Source of the DNA: Convolutriloba macropyga
Lineage: Eukaryota
Direction: 5' to 3'
Length of the DNA stretch: 64,000 nt
Assembly: GCF_964194025.1 (NCBI RefSeq)
Contig: NC_134470.1
Location: 35,464,001 to 35,528,000 of the forward strand
Shown here: one piece after another, positions 52,882-64,000 of the stretch
How the letters are laid out: each line of letters opens with the position of its first letter
Position numbering within the stretch: the first letter of the stretch is position 1
Translations under genes and position numbers: made by a program
The notes under the pieces: model-generated
What the model saw: only the letters and a program-made list of their open reading frames with translations
What the model was told of the DNA's origin: nothing
Databases searched by the model: none

Positions 52882-53890
52882 TAATTCAGGAATCATTTAT
52901 CTCTAAAAACAAAACAAATAGCCTTATGGTAAAGTTTTAATATTTTGTAACAAAAACAAAAATTTGAGCAACAATTATGGAAAAAGGAACCAAAAATGGA
53001 AATATGCCGGATTTCCGGTTTTCACGAAACTTAATAACTCGATAACTTCGAGAAAGGTAAAATTGATAAAGTCTTAAAATATTTTTGCTCGAGGGGTTTT
53101 CTGATGATGACACCCATAGTTTTCTACTTAAAATATTGAAAATACGCCAAAGTTGACTGAACGAAAAATCAGTTCCTCAACCGCTATATGGGTAGCGAAA
53201 AAAACTTGCGTACTTATGTTCGAATATACGTCAGAAAGTTGGCTTTATTCTTGCGCAGCTTTTTCTATTGGAATGTATCAAAGACGAGTCAGACTTTTTC
53301 TTAGGCAATTTACAGAAATGTCGTCACCGTGGCAACCCAGTCGAAGGATGGGTTTTATTTAAGGCAGAAAAAATTGCATTCCAACCGTGTAAATGAATCA
53401 CGTGGATTGGGCTATTCATAATCTTAAAAGTTTGACCCCCCTTAGTCACCCCCACTCCCCGTACACCCTCCTCTACCTCTCGTTCAGCCCTCCCAATCCT
53501 AAACACCACCTATCGCTTGACACCTCCCACCCATGTTTGATCCCCCTGCTGCGCTCACCCCTCCCCCTTAATGATGGCATCCCTAAGCCTCAGCTGGCTA
53601 CTATCGAAGCAAACCTCTCGCCGGTTGTTTGAGATCATTTCGCCCGTCGTTAGTCGGTTATGTTTAAAGTTAGGAAGCTTCCCAAACGTTGTAATAAAGC
53701 AGAACTCATTCGTACTTTTTTCGTGCATTTTTCGTGCTATGATTTTTTCACTTCTTTGAATGAGAGGTCACATTCTTTTGAAAAGCCAATCGATATTACA
53801 TAAACTGACATTGTTCGTGGACTTCAATAAACAACTCGTTAATAGTTGTATAATAGGCACTTTCGACACGTTTTCTGTTCAAAAAGTGCT

Positions 53891-54567
53891 TGTAACGTCC
53901 TAAAGTACGTTTTATTTAGTAATCGATATATCTTTTCCCCAATTTTATTGATCGCCTTATTTAATGCTATATCTGCTATAATCTCAAGGCCATCTATAGA
54001 CTTCATTTTTCTGCCTTATAAAGATGAGAAAATTTATAATTACTCTATGAACATCCTGTAAACTATCTCAAGTATATTTGTCTTAAAAACCATTTAACTA
54101 TCTTTTGTTATTTCATTTACCCATAATAGAGGAATTTGTGACAATGCTAGCCTGTATTTATTTTTACAATGTACACTTTACTATGTCCGGCACGTGCCAG
54201 CACGTGGCAGAAGTTCTATTTATCTTGAGTTAATCTTGATGTATTTGTATAGGTGATTACTCAAATGTAAATACGGCCCCCAGGTCTAAAAACGTATTAA
54301 TTTAAGCGACACAACCAAGATTGTCAAGTTGAAATTCAGCAGTCAAGTAATTCAGTCTTAGATTGAAATCCTGTTCGCTAGTGAAAAAAACTTATAGCTG
54401 TCGGCTCTGCTCCAAACGAAAATTAAAACCGCTCAGAAACAATTAATCATGCGAAAAGAATAATTTAAGTGATAAAAGCCATGCTACTAAGTAGTTAATT
54501 AATTTAGCGGGAAACATTACTTCAACAAATTTAACACAATAATATAGCCAGACAAAGGTATATTACA
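53891..54567 (+). repeat. Putative 5' LTR
   Basis: Ends ...TATTACA directly before the PBS. The best matching start is TGTAACGTCC at 53891, unverified because there is no second LTR to compare. Confidence 0.55.
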
Positions 54568-54581
54568 TGGTGACAGGAGTG
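54568..54581 (+). promoter_or_regulatory. Primer-binding site, tRNA-Leu type
   Basis: TGGTGACAGGAGTG directly after CA; one mismatch to TGGTGTCAGGAGTG, the complement of a eukaryotic tRNA-Leu 3' end. Confidence 0.75.
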
Positions 54582-55322
54582 TAGACAGCTTTTTCAATTA
54601 GTTCCTTCAAAAAAAAAAAAAATTGTTTATCTTTTGAATGTTGCTTTTTTCCAATGCCATTGTTATTCAAAACATTACCAACTTATTTGCACGATTCAGA
54701 TGAAGTTAGACAACTGCACAAATTTGATTTAACACTCTTTTCCTACGGAAGCTCCAACATCGGAAATAACCTCCGCAGAAACGTACACTATCTTTCTTGA
54801 AGATAATTTATTCATTCTTTTCATTGTTGGACTTACAGAAGATTACAGAGACAGGCTCATTGCAATAGTATCATTCGACAATCAGTTTGAATTCAGAGCA
54901 GTAATTAAGTACATAAAAACGGAAATGCATCTCGACTTAGAAAGCCTGAAAACTCAATTATTATTTGAAAGCGGAGATTGTAACTAAAATTAGTACTTTA
55001 TGACTCACCCATTATCGATGTCTCTGAACAAACTTTGTTTTTATTCTACTGCAGCCTTCTTCCTCTTCTTCATCATTGCTTATTATCTGATCACAGCACT
55101 GTTTATCTACCTCTTCATGACAGAGAGCGCCATCAGTTTTTCCAATTATCAATAGTCAGTGCAACAGAGATTGGAGCCTAAAAGAAGGTGACGCCCAATG
55201 ACAGTGACATCACACTGAGACACAGACACAAAGAACAAGAGAGTAAAACCCCTATTGGTAACAAAACTGAGTTAACCAGGAGACTGTGAGTTAGAACGTA
55301 TAAATTTTGGTGCTAAATTATA

Positions 55323-55670
55323 ATGCCTTCCCACGATTTATATAATACCCAATTACTCCCTGTTGTTAATAACTGTCGCTATTCAAACCATTTTGTGGAA
55401 TATGTAGACTGTAACTACATACAATTCATTAGCCCCCAAACTAACAACCTTATTATCTCAACAGCCATTAGTGCCTTTGTGTCTGACAAAACAAAACAAA
55501 TCGTGCTTCTAACTCAAAATTCTATTGACAAACGCGCCTTACTAATATTTATCCCCAAGACTTTGCGACAAAAAGCACGTGAATTTTCTAAAGTTAGACA
55601 TCTCATGACCCATTGCTATGACATTGATTTAGATGATTTTGAATCTCCCCTCATTGTAATTTCTGAATAA
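55323..55670 (+). CDS. Accessory ORF (115 aa, unknown function) between PBS and gag
   Basis: Intact ATG-to-TAA ORF inside the retroelement leader. Confidence 0.4.
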   Translation: MPSHDLYNTQLLPVVNNCRYSNHFVEYVDCNYIQFISPQTNNLIISTAISAFVSDKTKQIVLLTQNSIDKRALLIFIPKTLRQKAREFSKVRHLMTHCYDIDLDDFESPLIVISE

Positions 55671-55732
55671 TTGCATTCCCAGCCCACCCAGATCATCACC
55701 TTTAATTTCATTGAGTTCAGTTTTAAACTAAG

Positions 55733-56954
55733 ATGGCCGATAACGCCCAAATAACAGTAGAACCCTATAGAGGAGCCGAAAATCAAAGTTTCCGCCAATT
55801 CCGCGGCGGAAACTTTGATTTTCCGAGGTTTCATCGGTGTCGCAGCAATTCCGAGGTTTCATCGGTGTCGCAGCAATCCCTGTTAACCAACAATCAAATT
55901 TTCTGCAACTCCACCTCCAAGACGCCGCGTTACGATATTTTCAAACGTTGCCTGAAGCAACCAGAAATGATCTTGAATTAAGCCTCACAGCACTCAGGGA
56001 CCACTTCGCGAATCAAGATCTTCAAGAGGTACATGTTCTTAAATTAGAACAGCTGCGATTTGACCCAAAAACAGACAGCCCCGAAAACTTCCTACTGAAC
56101 TTACAAACAAAGGCCCAGCGTGCCTACCCAACGCCAAATCTGCCAGCAGTTGCAGCATTAGCGCTCCAGGAGATGGAGGAGCAGGGGATAGAGCAGAGCA
56201 CGCACGCTTCGATGGAGAAACAGCCGTACGAGCTGTAAGATTGCAAGCAGCAGAGGACAACAAGAACGAACAAGTTAAGCGAATCTTCATAAAAGCCATT
56301 CCGGGATGGCTGCGATCAAAATTGATGGAACAACCACCAGCCACGCTAGTTACCGACCTCTGCACCATTGCTCGACAACAGATGACAATCAGAGACATGT
56401 GCAGAAAAGATGACTATCCTGAAGATGGGTTCAATGAAATCAATAACGCCGTGTCCGAAAACCTGATAAATGCGCTCTCTAAATTGAATCAGAGGCAAGA
56501 TTCATTAGACAAAAAGCTTTAAACAATTGACGACCGCATCACGGCGACACATATAGAAACAACAACACAAAAAGATGTAACTCACTCTCCCCAGCAATCA
56601 TTTAATAGACCGGGGCAATTCACCGCGGCGCCCTACACGCCTAGAAATAACTATGCAAGTCAAATGTATCAGAACTCTTACAGAGGAATTAATCTTAGAG
56701 GCCGAAACTTCTTTAATAGAAATCCGAGACCCCGTTTCCCAATCACTAATGCTCAAGTGTTTTATCCTCGAAATTTAATACCTCAGTCACAACCCCGCAT
56801 GCCCACCAGCCCATATATGACTGGGACTAGATCCAGCGGTACCTTCTGTTATACATGTCGTTATCCAAATCACCGATCAGGTCAATGTTCTCAGAGAGGT
56901 AGAACTAATAATAGAGGAACCTCATTTCCATATAATAGCCAATGAAAAAACTAA
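55733..56954 (+). pseudogene. gag (frameshifted, with stops)
   Basis: Fragments MADNAQITVEPYRG, LQLHLQDAALRYFQTLP, VKRIFIKAIPGWLRSKL and the zinc knuckle CYTCRYPNHRSGQC (CX2CX4HX4C). Confidence 0.85.
56945..56951 (+). promoter_or_regulatory. -1 ribosomal frameshift heptamer A_AAA_AAC at the gag-pol junction
   Basis: The heptamer is in the gag frame and directly followed by TAA; the protease ORF (56993) is in the -1 frame. Confidence 0.7.
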
Positions 56955-59900
56955 TAATGCCACCCTTAACGCCCAAAAGTCGCTGACAGTCCATGAAATC
57001 TTTAGAGCAGCCTAGCAAACTATTTAATCTTTACAATATAAACCCTAATATGAGATCATCCCTTCTCCCCTATGTCAAAATTAAATTTAATAACGGAATA
57101 AGCCGTCGAGCACTAATTGACACCGGCGCTTTTGCAAATTTCATAAGCAACAGATTACTCCAACAAATTACCGGAACTGACAAAAACGCAGTCAAATTGG
57201 AGCAACCAGATTGTACTTCAGTCAAAATGGCTGGAGGACAACTAGTCAGAATAGAGACAGGCCGAAATTAAATTTAAACTCGCTAACAGAGTTTGTCGAA
57301 GACTTCCTTGTCCTTTCCTCTACAAACTCGGTCATCCTTGGTAACCCCTTCTTTATCAAGCATGATATTTCAATTAGCCCAAAACAAGCTCTTATTCAAT
57401 TCCCCGATTTGACAGTTCAAATTAATGAAATCAAGCCTGCAAACGAAAAACGACCAGCAGTAAGACATAAGAAGCTTCCCATTTACACAATCAAGAAGCA
57501 CACAATACAGCCCAGCACAGCACAGCAAGTTCTCCTGGAATGCTATCTATCAGATAAAACCGATCAGTTTGAGAACAAAAGTGGAGTAATCGCTCCTAAT
57601 GAAATTCTCGAAGAAGAAACACAGATTGCACTAACTTCTTCGCTAAGTACTGTACGAAAGAATAATATATTGTACGTCTCTGCCCTAAACGTAACTGAGA
57701 ACCCTATCACAATCAACAGCCGAAAAGAGGTAGGCAGATTCTCAATCCTTTCAACCGAGCAAGCCGACCAATTGATACAAATTGACCCACAACTGATAAC
57801 GCTAGCAAAATCAAGAAACAAAGATGACTATTTTGCGGAATTGAACCAGCTTATCCAAGATTTCGCCCAGCACAAACCAGGCCAAACTAGGAGACATCCA
57901 CCGGAATATAATAAACTATGGTTTCCGACACCAGAAACTTGCGAGGACCCATGTAATTTGCCGTTGCTACAGCAAGAAATTTACGACCAAATATTAAATT
58001 TCCAAAAATTGGAGAAGATTGATCCACGAAGTAATGAAGAAGACCGTAAATTCTTTCTCAGTAAATTCAACTGGGACAGTTCGCCATTAAATCAGAAGCA
58101 AATTGAAGAATGCGAGCACTTATTAATTGAATATTGTGACATTTTCGCCAAACACCGGTTTGACGTCGGATACAATATGGAACTGAAAATAAAGCAAACT
58201 CCAGAGCTTGACTTACCTGTATATGTACAAGGACCACCAACCCCAATCTATCTACGCGAAGAACTCCATATTGAATTAGCATTAATGCACTACTATGGAC
58301 TTGTAACAACTTTGTCACAGTCTAAATACAGTAGTCCATTCTTTGCTCATAGAAAAGAGTCAGGCAAACTGAGAATTTTAATTGATCTGAGAAGAGTCAA
58401 CCACCTACTAAAAAATGACTACCACGGCACAAACATTCCAATCTCAAACATGGCTGATGCAACCAGGTATTTTGCAGGAAAAACATTGTTCACAAAACTT
58501 GACTGCTCGCAAGCTTATCATTGCGTACACATGGCGGACGACACCTCAGTACAACTTTTAGCTTTCAATTTCTCATCAAGAACTTAAGCGTACAAATGTT
58601 TAGCTCAAGGACTTAGCAAATCAGTTACCGGTTTTAGCTCATTCTTTTGCCATTATCTAGACGCTTGTTTAGCAGCCGGCATATGCACACAATTCATGGA
58701 CGATATTGGGAGTGCAGTAACAGAATTTAGTCAGATACTTCCTAGTCTAAGGAAATTTTTCGATTGCATCCGGAGATCTGGACTGAAATTGTCACCAGAA
58801 AAATGCGAAATAGCCTCACAGTCAATCAAATTACTGGGCAGTACAATTACAAATGAGGGAATATCCCTAGAAGCAGAGAAAATCAAAAAGTTTTTAAAGA
58901 AGATTTCGATGCCAAGAACAACCAAACAGGTCAAAAGACTAATTGGCTTCGCTCAGTTCTTCAGAAATTTTATCCCAAATTTAGGCGAGAAGCTTATACC
59001 GTTTTATCAATTGTTACGTAAGGGAGCCGATTTTAAAGCGAAAGAAACCCATTACAATGCATTCGAAACTGTGAAAAATGATTTACTTGAAGCAACAGAG
59101 ATGACGCTCAGATTACCTAAACCTGGCCTACAATATGTCCTCCTCTGTGACGCAAGCTACTACGGAGCCGGATTTGTGCTTATGGTTGAAGACTACGTGA
59201 CAGGAAAACAGTCAAAGGAAAAGAAAGTCTACGCTCCAGTATCTTTTGGATCACAACTCTTCACGACAGCACAGCTGACGTTTTCAACTTATTACAAAGA
59301 ATTCTTAGCACTTTTTTTGCATTAGACCAGTTTTCCCACTACATCTGGGCATCCAGTCATTCAGTTTTTGTACTCACGGATAATCGAAGTTTAACGCATT
59401 TCTTTCAGTCAAAAACCATTCCTCCATCACTGGAACTTTTTGGACCGAGTTCTTTCGTTTAACATAGTTATTGCCCATATTCCCGGAAAAACTAACTATG
59501 CAGCAGATTTTCTCTCACGCGTACAGACAGATAAAGGAGCCAGCCTGTCCCTTAAAATAACGGACAAAGTACCAGTCCGTGAAATATATGTTGAATCTGC
59601 TGAACCAGATGAACCAAATATATGTTGAACCAAATGAACACGGCCCCTGAACCAGAGATGGAAGAAGTTACCATCGTCTCACAACTACGGGAACTCGGAC
59701 TTTACGACGCGTATATTGAACGAAAACGAGAGAATGGAGATGAAATAAGTTCAAGCGTGCGGAAGTTAACGCAAAACAATATGCGAACCAAGCTGATCTT
59801 CTGAACGATTTGACGGATAGAGAAGAAATATTAGATTTGGCGAGTGAGCAGACAAAAGGCGAAGAGATCATGCATGCAATTGAGTGGAAACGCAAGGGCC

Positions 59901-61350
59901 TAAATAGAGACTTGAAGTATGCATCCCGACTATTGAAGAAATACGTGAAACAGTTTAACCATTGGGAAATTGAAAACAACACATTATACAGACAATTCTT
60001 TGATGACACAGGCAAAAGATTTTTCAAGCAATACTGCCTGCCAAAGCATCTCTGGAAGGAAGTAATCTATAGACTACACAACTCACCAACAGGAGGACAT
60101 TTGGGAACACTTCGCACAATTCAAGAATTCCGAAAACGATTTTACTATCCTGGTTTTACTGAACATTTCATCGATTTCATCAACAATTGCATTACATGCC
60201 TACAGCTCAAGCAAACAACGAATAAACAACTGCAACCACCATTACAGTCTGTATCTTCACTACAGTCATTCCCCGGAGAAATGATGCAAATTGACTTAGT
60301 TGAACAAAAAGGCCCAATTTACAAATTTGTTTTTATTGGAATTGTTTACGAAGTACTTGTTTGCAGTGCCACTGACAAATGGTAGTGCCGACACAGTTGC
60401 CAGAGAGCTTGTGAAGATTTTCTGCCAGCATAGTTACTTGCCTAGTACATTACTGAGTGATTTAGGAACAAATTTCACCTCAAAACTAATGGCTGAGTTA
60501 ACGAAGTTACTCGAAGTTAAACTGAAACTTGCTATGCTGAAACACCCACAGACAATTGGAGTAGTGGAACGCTCACAGGCAGCACTTAAATGGATCCTTA
60601 AACTCAATTCCAATGAACAGTGGAATGATTGGCACAAATATGTACCGCTTGCAATCTTTATACACAATACATCGTATCATTCTTCAATTAATTGTTGGCC
60701 GACAACTCTATTTCATGGACGTGAACCTATTAAACCCTTGATCTCCGTTTTTCCACACGAGCAATGCAAGAAGTTGAAGTCAGTTCAGATTACGTTTCGC
60801 AGCTACAAGACGCAATGCTTCGAAAATTTGGCTAAAACAAACAAAGACGTTTAGATTCCTACCAGCGATACAGAAGTGACTATGATCAAAAAGCTGAAGC
60901 ACAGCCACTCAAATTGCATTCACCTTGTCTACTAATAAACCCTCGTCTAACAAGGAAAAACGATTTTACACAGAAAGCAGTTAAAACATGGCTATCACTC
61001 TATAGAGTCGAAAAAGTCCTAACAAATTCAAATTATATTATTAGAAAAACAGGAACAAATTATAGTCAATGTGTTCACCGGTTCAGGCTAAGACCTATCA
61101 ATCTGACAGAGCCACCAGACGATATACAGGAAATTGATCCTGCGAAGTTCGAAGCGGATCCGTTGAGAAGAACAACTCGAAATGAGCCAGAATTATTTGA
61201 GTACATTCCAAATTTATTAGAGGAGGAGCAAAGTACCGCATTTCAAAGACTGTAACAGTTCAACCTTCGCAAATACGCCTCGGCGTAATTGTTCCTCTAA
61301 ATGGAGCCCCTGCAATGCCATTGGTTGCACCAGTACCTCCGATAGTGCCG

Positions 61351-61393
61351 GTAATACCGCCAATACCCGTAATACCGCCAATACCCGTAATAC
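61351..61393 (+). repeat. 18-bp coding tandem repeat (VIPPIP) in the post-integrase linker
   Basis: gtaataccgccaataccc repeated ~2.4 times. Confidence 0.8.
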
Positions 61394-61949
61394 CAGCGGA
61401 AATCAGAACACCTTCGCCAATGAATTCGCCAAGAAATTCGCAAGAAAATTCACCCCGAGAGTTTTGCAACACCCGAAGAACTTCAGTATCCTGAAAGCCC
61501 CCCCCCCCCCCCCCCGCCCCCCGGAGCCGCTGAGAGCGAGAGAATTACAGCACATGACGAAGAAGATACAGAACAACAACCGGGACCAAGTACTCGAAGC
61601 AATCAAAACAGAGTTAACTTTGCAAAAATGCGAGGAGTCGGAAAATTTGAATCTTGGGAACTTGTAGCACGCTGCGGTTCACGTTCTCAAATGCCACGAC
61701 TGCCCGAATCTCCCACACAGCCACCTATCTTAACAAAAGAACAAAAACACCAAATAATTACAGAATCATCGCGCAGATCAAGAACGGATAAAACTCCAAC
61801 TAGAGAAACGAAACTAGACCAAGTCCGATCTAGCATTGAGAGATACCAACGAGGCTCAACTGATGAGAACAGAGGAATAACCCAAAGCCAGTCAAAGAGC
61901 AAACAAACGACTTCAAACATAAATGTAATTGAAATTGGAAAAACCAGAG

Positions 61950-62397
61950 CCAAATTCTTCCATCATAGAGGTGATCTTCTTAACTCCAGATGCTCTTTTG
62001 CACATTGCATATCAAGTGATATGAATATGAGTAAAGGCCTCGCTCGGCAACTTGTCACCTACTACCCCGAAATGCTGCAAAGTCAAGAATTCGCGCAAAA
62101 ACCACCAACAGTTTCCGTTATCTCAAGTTATGAAACGACTTTAAATCGATATATCTTCAACCTGGTCACGAAAGAGAACTACTATGATAAACCTACTTAT
62201 TACAACCTCTCAGTTGCTCTTCACACACACTACGATTTGTTATATTGAAGCACAGCATATGCTCTAATAATTTACCAAAACTCTGATGTGGTCTCGATCA
62301 ACTTTCAGAAAAAAGTGTTTTACGACAGATTATTGAAGTATTTTCGGATGTTCCAGTAAAAATTCACCTATACAAGTATAACACGGCCAGAAAGTGA
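61950..62397 (+). pseudogene. TARG1/OARD1 (Poa1p-like, DarG-related) macrodomain at the end of pol
   Basis: HRGDLL...FAHCISSDMNMSKGLA...RYIFNLVTKENYYDKPTY. After a shift at the (CA)n run near 62222 it continues LRFVILKH...LPKL*CGLDQL...IIEVFSDVPVKIHLY. Confidence 0.85.
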
Positions 62398-63872
62398 TAA
62401 TGTGCAGTGGCCAGTTAACCAGTTGACGCGCATTATCATGTCTTAAAGCGCCTTAAAACAGCGGCAAAAGTTCGAAAATAACTGAAAAATGTAGAACGTG
62501 TACTTGGTTTATCTCCAGTGTCCCCAGCAAAATTCAACTTTAGATGACACAAAGTGCATACATCGCCTCTACATATAATGCCAATAACGCCGGGGAACCG
62601 AAAATGAGCGTAGTTTGGGTAATATTGGAGAAAAATGAACCTTTTTCCAGAAAATGATCCAAAACTGACACCACAAGACTTACCCTCAAAAAATGGCTGA
62701 GTTAGAGCCCCTAAAAAGGCCCCCAGATGCCCGGAAACATTTTTCTGGACCCCAGGGATACAATCCAGAGTCGAGGTGCCCTAGCAACGAGTCTGAGGCC
62801 ATTTGGTTAAGAGTACTGCAGACATGAATTCGTGGAAATCAGACCCCTGAAAAATGGCTCAAAAATCAACAACACACACAATTTCATGAAAAAAGTCTTT
62901 TGACAGAAACTAACTATACTACCATTGAGATTGGCTTCCGTACTAATTAATCAGACCAAAAAATGAGGCGATTGATGAGTTCCTTATAGTTTTATACAGT
63001 CTGAATGGCCAAAAAATTAATCTGACAAAAGTTGTAAACAACTTTAAAAATGCCAATCTTGGTAGAGACGTATGATTCACATCGGAAACGGCTGCTAATC
63101 AAATGCTCCAAACCCAGAAAACAAATCATTGGAACAGAAACTTTATACTGCTCTTACACCTCAAGTATTTACTTTTATACTTGAGAATATCGAAATGAAA
63201 ACTTACGTCATGAAAACAGATTTCAACGCGGAGGAGAGTGCCTACAGTCCTATTTAGAAAGCAATAAGTCCACATCGGACCAAAAATCCTCGAAGACTAA
63301 ACAATCTGATTAAAAACTTTATCTCATACTGTTTTGAAAAATCATAAAATCACAGTGAAAATGAGCCAACAAGGTCCTTAGATACTCTCCTACAAGTTCT
63401 AGGGAATGAAATTTTTAAATTTGAGCTCGAAAAATTATAAACACCAAAAATAGGACGAACCTTCTGAAGAAATAATTATGTGACAGTTTGATGATCTGAA
63501 TATCAACTCATACTGTTTCCCGAAAATTGAAATTAATATAACGAAATTTGGCATGCACGTTCCCGACAAACCTAACTACAAATCTTCGGAGTTAGTTTTT
63601 CGTCTATGGAAAAAGTAAAAGAAAAAACCGACTCCAAACCAAATGGAGTTTGCTAATATCACAACAGTTAGTCCGTTGCAAACTGTCTAACTATTAATTG
63701 TTTTCAAAACCCAAGTTACACAGCCAGCCGCAACACACTTACATGCTTTTACTAAATTGCTAGTGTCTTGAATAAACATGCATAATAAAACAAACCGCAG
63801 TATATCAAACAAGTTGCTAGCAATAAAACAACTCACCGGCTAGTCACGCCATCCGTTCAGCAGCTTCATCAA

Positions 63873-64000
63873 ATGTCTCCAACACTACTGCTGGCCACGA
63901 TCCAAATTCTTCAGTTGACAAATCTCTCAGCTGACTCCCGGCTGATGATGAGGGCTGATAATGCCTCCCAAAATTGGACGCGCGCTTTCGTTTTCGGCTC
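63873..64000 (+). CDS. Start of a putative env-like secreted glycoprotein ORF (open to the window end)
   Basis: MSPTLLLATIQILQLTNLSADSRLMMRADNASQNWTRAFVFG: hydrophobic N-terminus and three N-x-S/T sequons, downstream of pol. Confidence 0.4.
   Translation, partial: MSPTLLLATIQILQLTNLSADSRLMMRADNASQNWTRAFVFG

Larger units (their letters stand above)
56945..62397 (+). pseudogene. pol: protease, RT, RNase H, integrase, Pro-rich linker, macrodomain
   Basis: PR RALIDTGA; RT YSSP..RKESGKLRILIDLRRVN, LDCSQAY, QGL, QFMDD (58690-58704); RH LLCDASYYGAG; IN H-x6-H...CITC, QIDLV, SDLGTNF, VVERS; GPY/F-like LYRVEKVLTNSNYII...VHRFRLRP. Confidence 0.93.
53891..64000 (+). mobile_element. Decayed Ty3/Gypsy LTR retrotransposon or endogenous-retrovirus-like element; 3' LTR not in window
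   Basis: LTR-PBS-gag-PR-RT-RH-IN order with recognisable motifs; many stops and frameshifts. Both boundaries are tentative. Confidence 0.92.

Noticed and set aside
57564-61953. Minus-strand ORFs over pol (and similar ones over talin exons)
   Set aside because: Antisense shadows of real coding frames.

Overview
AT-rich, repeat-dense animal genomic DNA; most short ORFs in the track are chance frames in repeats. The main host gene is the 5' part of a divergent talin on the + strand. I reconstructed nine phase-consistent GT-AG exons from 32193 to 48358 (2982 nt, 994 codons: F0-F3 head, neck, R1-R3 and the start of R4). The model includes a 27-nt microexon absent from the ORF track, and its F3 domain has replaced the canonical integrin NPxY-binding residues. 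Downstream, probably in the next intron, is a decayed Ty3/Gypsy LTR retroelement in sense orientation. It has a 5' LTR, a tRNA-Leu-type PBS, extra ORFs before gag, gag, a -1 slippery site and PR-RT-RH-IN. Its pol ends in a TARG1/OARD1 (DarG-like) macrodomain, and a signal-peptide, sequon-rich env-like ORF begins at the window edge. Roughly a third of the window consists of two non-autonomous families with Helentron/DINE-1-like termini. Other features are a young 1.5-kb tandem duplication, a CRE-like non-LTR relic, a tRNA-derived SINE-like head and a probable orphan terminal exon at 13516-13644. All family assignments come from manual translation and recalled motifs; no searches were run.
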